Assembly (NCBI GenBank): GCA_016197225.1
Contig: JACPWC010000057.1
Location: 44,675-108,674, forward strand
DNA length: 64,000 bases
From: Chloroflexota bacterium
GTDB lineage: Bacteria > Chloroflexota > Anaerolineae > Anaerolineales > VGOW01
Reading direction: 5' to 3'
The notes below the pieces were generated by a model. It had not been told where the DNA came from, did no database searches, and worked only from the letters and a program-made list of their open reading frames with translations. A program made the position numbers and the translations under genes. Positions 56,606 through 64,000 of the stretch are shown piece after piece (within the stretch, counting starts at the first letter, position 1; each line of letters opens with the position of its first letter).

Positions 56606-59600
56606 TTGCGGGAAAAACCTTTAGAGTCCTGGCACAACTGGAGAGCGGTGGCAGGACTTAAAATTCATCTCCTCGGCGGATTGCAGATCTCGCGCGCCGA
56701 CGCCCCCATCACCGATTTCATCTCCAACAAGGTTCCAGCCTTGCTGGCCTATCTCGCCGTCACGCACCGTGCACACTCGCGCGATAAACTGGCGTCCCTG
56801 TTGTGGGGCGAGATGTCCGAAGCCGACGCGAAAAACAACCTGCGGCAAGCCCTCGCCAACTTGCGCCGCGTCGCCGATGACCACCTGACCGTCACCCGCG
56901 ACTCTGTCGAATTTTCCGGGGACGGCTTTCTGGACTCTGCCCAATTTGAATCTGACGTAAAATCTGCTTCTTCTTTAGGCCCCGAGCCTGCTTCTGTTAT
57001 CCTGATAGAGTCCCTGCGCCTCTACCGCGGCGACTTTCTCGAAGGCTTCCACGTCCGCGACGCGCCCGACTTCGAAGACTGGATGCTCACTGAGCGCGCC
57101 CGTCTGCGTGAACTTGCGCTCGAGGCCTTGCACACGCTGACCCACTTCCACACTTCGCTCGGCAACTTCGCCGAGGCCATGGCCACCGCCTCGCGCCTGC
57201 TGACCTTCGACCCCTGGCGCGAGGAAGCGCACCGCCAACTCATGTTGTTGCAAGCGCGCACCGGCCAATTCAGCGCGGCGCTTGCCCAATATGAGACTTG
57301 CAAAAAGATTCTGGAAAAGGAACTCGGCGTCCAACCCTCACTCGAAACGACCGCCCTGTACGAAAGAATCCGCGCCGCGCGGCAATCGGCGCGACACAAC
57401 CTCCCCGCTCTCACAACCGAATTCATCGGACGCGAAAAAGAACTCGGAAACCTGCGTCAACGCTTGGCCGACCCACAATGCCGTCTTGTCACGGTGACGG
57501 GCCTGGGCGGCTGTGGCAAAACGCGCCTGGCGCAGGAAACCGCGCGCGCCTGCGCCGACATGTTCATCAACGGCGCTTGGTTCGCCCCGCTGGCGGCTGT
57601 AGAGGCGGAGGGGATTGTCCCTGCGGTAGGGAATGTGTTCAACTTCCCCTTTTCAACGGGTGACCACAAGAAGCAACTGCTCAACTTCCTTCGACAAAAA
57701 GAACTCTTGCTCGTGCTGGACAACTTCGAGCATTTGCTGGAGTCGTCCGCGCTGCTCTCCGATATTTTGAAAACCGCGCCGGAGGTAAAACTCCTCGTCA
57801 CCTCGCGTGAACGGCTGGACATTGATGGCGAGTGGGTGGTGGAACTCTCAGGGCTGGATGTCGGCTCATCGAGCGCGGCCCAACTCTTCGCCCAGAGCGC
57901 GAAGCGGGCGGGGGCGGAAATCCGGTTTAGTGAGCAGGACCAGGCCGCCATCGCTGAAATCTGCCAAATGGTCGGCGGTCTCCCGCTTGGAATTGAAATT
58001 GCCGCCGGGCGGATCCGTTCGATGGACTACGCGTCAATCGCCGATGAAATCCGCAAGGGTTTGGATTTTCTCGCGTCCACGCGCCGGGACGTGCCAGAGC
58101 GCCAGCGCAGTTTGCGGGCGGTGTTTGAATCGTCGTGGGAGAAATTATCGGAGGCGGAACAAAAAGCATTCGCGGCCTTGTCCGTTTTTCGCGGTGGGTT
58201 CACGCGCGAGGCGGCGGAGCAAGTGGCGGGCGCGGTCATCGCGTCGCTGGTGGATAAATCGCTTGTGCAAAGAAACGACGCGCGTTTTGAATTGCATGAA
58301 GTAATGCGGCAATTTGCGGAAGAAAAATTGAGCGCCAGGAAAAAACTGGCGCAACAGGCGCGGGCCGCGCACGCGTCCTATTTTGCAGAATGGGCGAAGA
58401 AATACGGAACGGCTGACGAGCGCGACTCGTTTCCGGCGATGCACCGCGAATTGGAAAACGTGCGCGCCGCGTGGAATTGGGCGAGCGAACAAGCCGATGT
58501 GGCCGCGCTGGCCAGCCTGGCGCCGTTCACCAAACGCTATCTGGACTTGCAAGGACGCTATCGCGAAGGCATTGAGATATTTCAGCGCGCGCTCGCCGGA
58601 CTCGGCGCGCCTGCCAATGTGGACGATCTGCCGCTCGACGAGCGCGGGCATTTGATTGCGCGCCTGCTGATGTACAAAGCCATTTTGATTGCGGACGCCG
58701 GCGAACCCGATGCGTCATTTCAATCGTTGAAATCCTGTCTCGATTATTTTCGCCGGACGGAGGAAGATGCTCAGCTTGCCACCTGTTTGAATGGGCTGGG
58801 GAATGCGTGCCGTTTTCTCGGGCAGGAGGCAGAGGCCGTTGATTACTATCGGGAGGAATTGGAGCTGGCCCGTTCGATGGGGAACAGGAACGAGGAAGGC
58901 ATGGCGCTGAACAACCTCGCGCTTTCCATTAATACCCTGGGGCGATTTGAAGAGGCTGAACGCCTGCACCGGGAATGTCTCGCCCTGCGACGCGAGTTGA
59001 ATGATTACTCGGGGTTATCGTCCAGCCTGATTAATTTGAGCGTCGTCTTATTTGACCAACACCGATCGGACGAAGCAAAGCCGTTGCTTTACGAAGCGAT
59101 AGAAATTTCCCGCCAGTTGAACCAAACCCGCCAACAGGCCGCCGCGCTTGGCAACCTGGGCGGCATCTTGTTGGAAGAAGGCCGGCACGAAGAGGCATTA
59201 AGATTATTCCTGCAAGGATTGGAAATCCACCGCAACACCGGCTATCGTTTTGGCATGGCGATTGCGTTGGATAACGTCGGCACGGCGCACTATCGTCTGG
59301 GCAACGAACAGGACGCGCTCTATTATTTGAAACAGTCCCTCCGCGAAGCGCGCGACATCCGCTCCGACCTCGTCGCGCTGGATGCGCTGGTGTCCATTGC
59401 TGGTTTGCGAGCCAGAAACAGGGATAAGGAAAGCGCGCTGGAATTATTTGGCCTCATCCGCCATCATCCAAAAGCTGATCCTGAAACGGTGCATAACGTC
59501 GAGAAACTGTTGCCGCAGGTTGTGGAAGGGATGAGCGCGGATGCCGCCCGCGCGGCGGAGGAGCGAGGCAAGACGCGTGAACTGGCAGACGTGGTCGCCG

Positions 59601-59620
59601 CGATCCTCTCGGCCTATTGA
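56606..59620 (+). CDS. AfsR/SARP-family regulator (OmpR-type wHTH + BTAD + NB-ARC P-loop + TPR repeats; STAND NTPase)
   Basis: LKIHLLGGLQI...ALLAYLAV (SARP wHTH); BTAD segment LYRGDFLEGF...; VTGLGGCGKTRLAQE Walker A; C-terminal TPR array. The ORF track starts at TTG 56606; GTG 56648 (MAGLKIHLLGG) is a plausible start. Confidence 0.75.
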   Translation: MREKPLESWHNWRAVAGLKIHLLGGLQISRADAPITDFISNKVPALLAYLAVTHRAHSRDKLASLLWGEMSEADAKNNLRQALANLRRVADDHLTVTRDSVEFSGDGFLDSAQFESDVKSASSLGPEPASVILIESLRLYRGDFLEGFHVRDAPDFEDWMLTERARLRELALEALHTLTHFHTSLGNFAEAMATASRLLTFDPWREEAHRQLMLLQARTGQFSAALAQYETCKKILEKELGVQPSLETTALYERIRAARQSARHNLPALTTEFIGREKELGNLRQRLADPQCRLVTVTGLGGCGKTRLAQETARACADMFINGAWFAPLAAVEAEGIVPAVGNVFNFPFSTGDHKKQLLNFLRQKELLLVLDNFEHLLESSALLSDILKTAPEVKLLVTSRERLDIDGEWVVELSGLDVGSSSAAQLFAQSAKRAGAEIRFSEQDQAAIAEICQMVGGLPLGIEIAAGRIRSMDYASIADEIRKGLDFLASTRRDVPERQRSLRAVFESSWEKLSEAEQKAFAALSVFRGGFTREAAEQVAGAVIASLVDKSLVQRNDARFELHEVMRQFAEEKLSARKKLAQQARAAHASYFAEWAKKYGTADERDSFPAMHRELENVRAAWNWASEQADVAALASLAPFTKRYLDLQGRYREGIEIFQRALAGLGAPANVDDLPLDERGHLIARLLMYKAILIADAGEPDASFQSLKSCLDYFRRTEEDAQLATCLNGLGNACRFLGQEAEAVDYYREELELARSMGNRNEEGMALNNLALSINTLGRFEEAERLHRECLALRRELNDYSGLSSSLINLSVVLFDQHRSDEAKPLLYEAIEISRQLNQTRQQAAALGNLGGILLEEGRHEEALRLFLQGLEIHRNTGYRFGMAIALDNVGTAHYRLGNEQDALYYLKQSLREARDIRSDLVALDALVSIAGLRARNRDKESALELFGLIRHHPKADPETVHNVEKLLPQVVEGMSADAARAAEERGKTRELADVVAAILSAY

Positions 59621-59654
59621 TGCCTTCGTACAGGATGGCAAATCGTTAAAGTGG

Positions 59655-59695
59655 GGAGGGCAGGCGGCCAGCCTGCCCTCCCTCGATTCTCTGTT
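59655..59695. terminator. GC-rich hairpin between convergent genes (bidirectional terminator candidate)
   Basis: gggagggcaggc-ggcc-gcctgccctccc followed by a T-containing tract. Confidence 0.5.
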
Positions 59696-59733
59696 CGTGG
59701 AACGAAAGTGAGGGGTAGGGTGGGTGACTCGTC

Positions 59734-61653
59734 TCAACTGTTTGGTTGAGGAGCCGACCCGCCGCTGGCCCCGTTGCCATTCATTTGGCTTCGCAAGATC
59801 ATCCCCAGCAAGGCATCGGTCATGCTCGCCCCGCTGGCGCCCGCGCCGTTAACGATCAGGTCAGGGATGATACGCACCCTCTGATCGCCGATGATCTGCA
59901 TGAGTTGGATGGCGGTGTAGCCTTGCGGGCCGAGGGCCTGCATACCGGCGCGATACGCTTCGGCCTTGGCCATACCAATAGCGCGGATGCCTTCGGCCTC
60001 GCCCAGGCCGCGTAGTTTGATAGCCTCGGCTTCGCCCGCGCCGCGCAGGCGGATGACTTCGGCCTCACCGTTAGCACGCTTGATCACTGCCTTCGACTCA
60101 ATGTCGGCGATGTTCACGCCCTGCTCGGCCTTGACCATGTTCTGCTGGATGTCGGCCAGCGACGTTTCGCGCACAAGTTGCTGGCGCTGGGTTTGGGCCG
60201 CCTGTTGTACTTCGTAAGTCTTCCTCTGCTCCTCGGCGATCTTCCGGTCAGTCTGCGTCTGCATCAATTCAGCCGGCGGGGTGATGTCGCCAATGAGGGT
60301 GTCTATGGCCTGCACATCGTAGGTTTGCAAAGCCTTGTAGATGTGCGAGGCGGCCTCGTGCTGACGCTCACTGCGGTTGCTCAAAAAGTCCAACACTGTG
60401 TACGCTTGCGCGGAGTTGCGGAAGTAGTTGCCGACGATCGGTTGTAAAACGTGATCCACCAGATTTTGCATCGAGCCGACGCGCGAGATCACCTTGGGAG
60501 CGTCGGGCGCGCCGACGTGGATGATTTGAGCCACGTCGAGGTTGAACGAGAAGCCGTCTTTGGAGCGCACGGTGATGGATGAGAGTCGAGCGTCGTAGCT
60601 GTGCGCTTCAGTGCGGGCCGCCCAGTTGAGGACGATATTGGTAGTGGGCACCAGTTCAGTCTTCATTACCCGGGTGTTGATGGGGTGTTTGCCGGGGTAG
60701 AGCGGCGTTACCCACACGCCCTTGTGGCCGGTGTTTACCAGGTCGCCATGTTTGAATTCGGCGCCGCTCACGTCTTCGTGAGCTTTGCCGACGTAGGAGA
60801 TGACGACGCCCACATAACCGATCGGGATTTCGGTCATCGGCGACTGTTCCACCACCACAAACCAGGGGTTGAGGTTCCACGAGCCGGACAGTAGAACCTG
60901 TTCCTGCAAACCACGGCGGCCACCCCGTTCAATAAAGTGCTGGGCGCTCTGGAAGTTGTCGTGGCCGGGCACGATCACGCCGGCGATCTCGCCTTCGTCA
61001 ATGGGCTTGCCGTCGAGCGTGGTTACAATGCCCACCTTGTCGGGCTGAACCGAGTAGACGAGCAGTTGCCTCGGCGTCATGCCGTGCTTCTCGGCGTTGG
61101 CGGCTGTGATGACCGTGAAGAGGGCGGTGTTGATGCGATAGGTGCCAGTGGTGAGGAGGCCAAGTTGACGACCTTTCTCGCCGCCATTCAACAGAAACTT
61201 GCGCGCGTTCTGGAAGTTGTCACACTCCACCAGCTTGCCCAGGATGTGTTCGGGCGGGATGGGTGAGCCGTCGTTGGCGACGAGAAGCGCGATCTCGCCC
61301 TGAGGGATGGTGATGACTTGAGCTTTGGTGATAGTGTATTGCCAGAACCAATAGCCGAAGTGCCAACCAGGAGCCAGCGTGTCGGCCTGGTAGCCGGCCT
61401 CGCCATTGAGGGCCACGAGTCGGCCAGCAGATAACGACTTGGTGCTGAACTTCTTAATGACGATGCCTACCTGTCGCTCGCCAATAATTACCAGCCCAAC
61501 TGTGGCCGCCACCAACAGAAGACCCAGAGCGGCTACCCCCAATGCTGACAGCCAACTTAAGGCCGTTCCCAGCCCCAAAGCCGGGCCGAGCCAGGGCATA
61601 ACGATGCCAATGAACAGCAAAAATATACCAAGCAACAAAAAGAAACTTTCCAT
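59734..61653 (-). CDS. SPFH/band-7 family protein, flotillin-like
   Basis: N-terminal TM helices, SPFH domain, then a Glu/Ala coiled-coil (AEVIRLRGAGEAEAIKLRGLGEAEGIRAIG) typical of flotillins; RBS AGGAGG. Confidence 0.75.
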   Translation of the reverse strand: MESFFLLLGIFLLFIGIVMPWLGPALGLGTALSWLSALGVAALGLLLVAATVGLVIIGERQVGIVIKKFSTKSLSAGRLVALNGEAGYQADTLAPGWHFGYWFWQYTITKAQVITIPQGEIALLVANDGSPIPPEHILGKLVECDNFQNARKFLLNGGEKGRQLGLLTTGTYRINTALFTVITAANAEKHGMTPRQLLVYSVQPDKVGIVTTLDGKPIDEGEIAGVIVPGHDNFQSAQHFIERGGRRGLQEQVLLSGSWNLNPWFVVVEQSPMTEIPIGYVGVVISYVGKAHEDVSGAEFKHGDLVNTGHKGVWVTPLYPGKHPINTRVMKTELVPTTNIVLNWAARTEAHSYDARLSSITVRSKDGFSFNLDVAQIIHVGAPDAPKVISRVGSMQNLVDHVLQPIVGNYFRNSAQAYTVLDFLSNRSERQHEAASHIYKALQTYDVQAIDTLIGDITPPAELMQTQTDRKIAEEQRKTYEVQQAAQTQRQQLVRETSLADIQQNMVKAEQGVNIADIESKAVIKRANGEAEVIRLRGAGEAEAIKLRGLGEAEGIRAIGMAKAEAYRAGMQALGPQGYTAIQLMQIIGDQRVRIIPDLIVNGAGASGASMTDALLGMILRSQMNGNGASGGSAPQPNS

Positions 61654-62104
61654 GTTGTCCTCCTAAATTGATAAGGTGTGCCGCGCTGTTGCGCTGGCAC
61701 GCGTCAAGGCATGCGCCAGAGTGTGGCGCAGTATTTCGCTTCATGCTTGCGGCGATTCAAACCGCCTTTCCTCATCAAGCCAGACAGCACAAAACAACCT
61801 CCGCCGCTATTTGGAACGACGAGGCTGGCAGGCTGTTTGGATGCCGATGAAGAGTTGAAGGGGAAAGGGTTAGGTGGGGAGCATGTTAGCGCCTTTTCGA
61901 GACGCACTGCTTTGACGAATGCCGATCATAACAGTCGGCCTATATTGGTTCCGCGTCTGAACCGTGAAGCATCTTAGCACTTAAGGGCATTACAATCTTG
62001 ACCGGAATTCGACGATCACCTGACGACGATGTTTCAATGTATCAAAGAGCCGCCAGGCGATTTTGGAAACACTTTGCGTCTCCTTGAACGGACAAAAAGC
62101 GCCG

Positions 62105-62133
62105 TTGACAAGCCTTTTTGGGCGTGATAACAT
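62105..62133 (+). promoter_or_regulatory. sigma70-like promoter for the metK leader (TTGACA-17-TAACAT)
   Basis: TTGACA 62105-62110, 17-nt spacer, TAACAT 62128-62133, just upstream of the riboswitch. Confidence 0.5.
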
Positions 62134-62159
62134 GCCGCCGAAAGTTCAATAGCCTACAC

Positions 62160-62380
62160 GGCAACTCTTATCCAGAGAGGCGGAGGGACCAGCCCGATGA
62201 AGCCTCGGCAACCGTCTGGATGTTAGAGGTTAGAGGTTAGAAATTGGAGAACTTCCAAAATCTAACATCCAACTTCCAACCTCCAAAATTGGTGCCAATT
62301 CCGGCAGGTATCTGGAAGATGAGAGGGAGCCACGAGTTAAATCGCCATGCCCCTTCTCCGCCAGAAGGGGCTTTTATTTA
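62160..62380 (+). promoter_or_regulatory. SAM-I (S-box) riboswitch with an expanded P3 stem, plus terminator-type expression platform
   Basis: CUCUUAUCCAGAGAGGCGGAGGGACCAGCCCGAUGAAGCCUCGGCAACC ...GGUGCCAAUUCCGGCAG...GAAGAUGAGAGG matches the SAM-I consensus blocks. A ~75-nt imperfect palindrome (62222-62290) is inserted where P3 normally closes. Terminator ccccttct-ccgcc-agaagggg + cttttattt at 62349-62380. Confidence 0.8.
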
Positions 62381-62450
62381 CACGACGACTGACCGACGAC
62401 GAAAGACGAGCGACAAGCCTTCGTCTTTCGCCTATCGTCCTCCGTCATTC
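62381..62450. repeat. GACGA-family element between the riboswitch terminator and the metK RBS
   Basis: cgacgacgaaagacgagcgacaagcc-ttcgtctttcg-cctatcgtcctccgtcat. Confidence 0.6.
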
Positions 62451-62470
62451 ACACAAGGAGAAATTTTACA

Positions 62471-63700
<1,230 letters not shown>

Positions 63701-63716
63701 ACTAACCCACAAAAAA

Positions 63717-63750
63717 CTCCGCAGTATTTCAAGATACTGCGGAGTTTTGC
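63717..63750 (+). terminator. Rho-independent terminator after metK
   Basis: ctccgcagtat-ttcaag-atactgcggag followed by ttttgc. Confidence 0.75.
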
Positions 63751-63771
63751 ATTAAAGATCGGCTTGGAACT

Positions 63772-64000
63772 TTAGCCGCCAACGGGCAAAGTAGGAGAAG
63801 AAGTAAGAGTAGGGGCCACAGGCGTATCTGTTGGCGGCGGGATAGGCGTGTCAGTAGGCGGCGGCACCGGCGTGTCGGTATCTGGTGGGATGGGCGTGTT
63901 AGTAGGCGGCACAGGGGTATCCGTATTTGTTGGTGGAATGGGCGTGTCGGTGGGGAGCGGCGTGGCGGTCGGCACGGGCGGGTGGGTGGTGGTGGGAGTT
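63772..64000 (-). CDS. C-terminal fragment of a Pro/Thr-rich tandem-repeat protein (runs off the window)
   Basis: Repeats PTDTPIPP / PTNTDTPVPP; stop at 63772; the gene continues beyond 64000. Confidence 0.4.
   Translation of the reverse strand, partial: TPTTTHPPVPTATPLPTDTPIPPTNTDTPVPPTNTPIPPDTDTPVPPPTDTPIPPPTDTPVAPTLTSSPTLPVGG

Overview
High-GC (about 60-65%) bacterial chromosomal segment, densely coded, with long co-directional operons whose genes are often joined by 4-nt ATGA overlaps. Start coordinates are my own choice among in-frame ATG/GTG/TTG codons; the supplied ORF track sometimes begins further upstream. Features in order: (1) 232-4027(+) two radical-SAM proteins, a lipoate-protein ligase and an SDR, which I read as a LipS1/LipS2-type split lipoyl synthase locus. 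(2) 4040-11022(+) an atypical molybdopterin oxidoreductase module: FeS subunit fused to an NrfD-like anchor, a catalytic subunit with no Tat signal, a TorD-like chaperone and two unknowns. (3) 11116-25113(-) a 13-kb glycan/exopolysaccharide operon with methyltransferases, GT4/GT2/Alg13-Alg14 glycosyltransferases, a Wzx-like flippase, an ~790-aa GT-C-like membrane protein and an unusual dTMP-kinase-like/nucleotidyltransferase fusion. (4) 26070-29030(+) a triple-GAF histidine kinase (apparently frameshifted) plus a LuxR-type response regulator, followed at 29027-33838 by a divergent homocitrate/isopropylmalate-synthase-like enzyme, LeuC/LeuD-like dehydratase subunits and an IPMDH/HICDH-like dehydrogenase. 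(5) gltB, arginase, isoaspartyl peptidase, acyl-CoA carboxylase beta and alpha, rpsU, a CitE-like lyase, a DUF433/DUF5615 toxin-antitoxin pair, a MaoC dehydratase, a cyclic-2,3-diphosphoglycerate-synthetase-like protein, tatC/tatA, nusB, asp23 and fabG. (6) 51543-56547(-) a redox/membrane operon with a diheme cytochrome c, a His-rich 12-TM protein and methyltransferases. (7) An AfsR/SARP-like STAND regulator, a flotillin, and a SAM-I riboswitch controlling metK. The most striking sequence-level signal is that the DNA carries several families of short low-complexity/palindromic mini-elements. They sit in intergenic hairpins and are repeatedly inserted in frame inside conserved housekeeping genes: gltB, the carboxyltransferase, the Mo-enzyme catalytic subunit, the LeuC-like gene and the SAM riboswitch P3 stem. 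This resembles Rickettsia-palindromic-element-like behaviour. No rRNA, tRNA, CRISPR array or obvious transposase was found.
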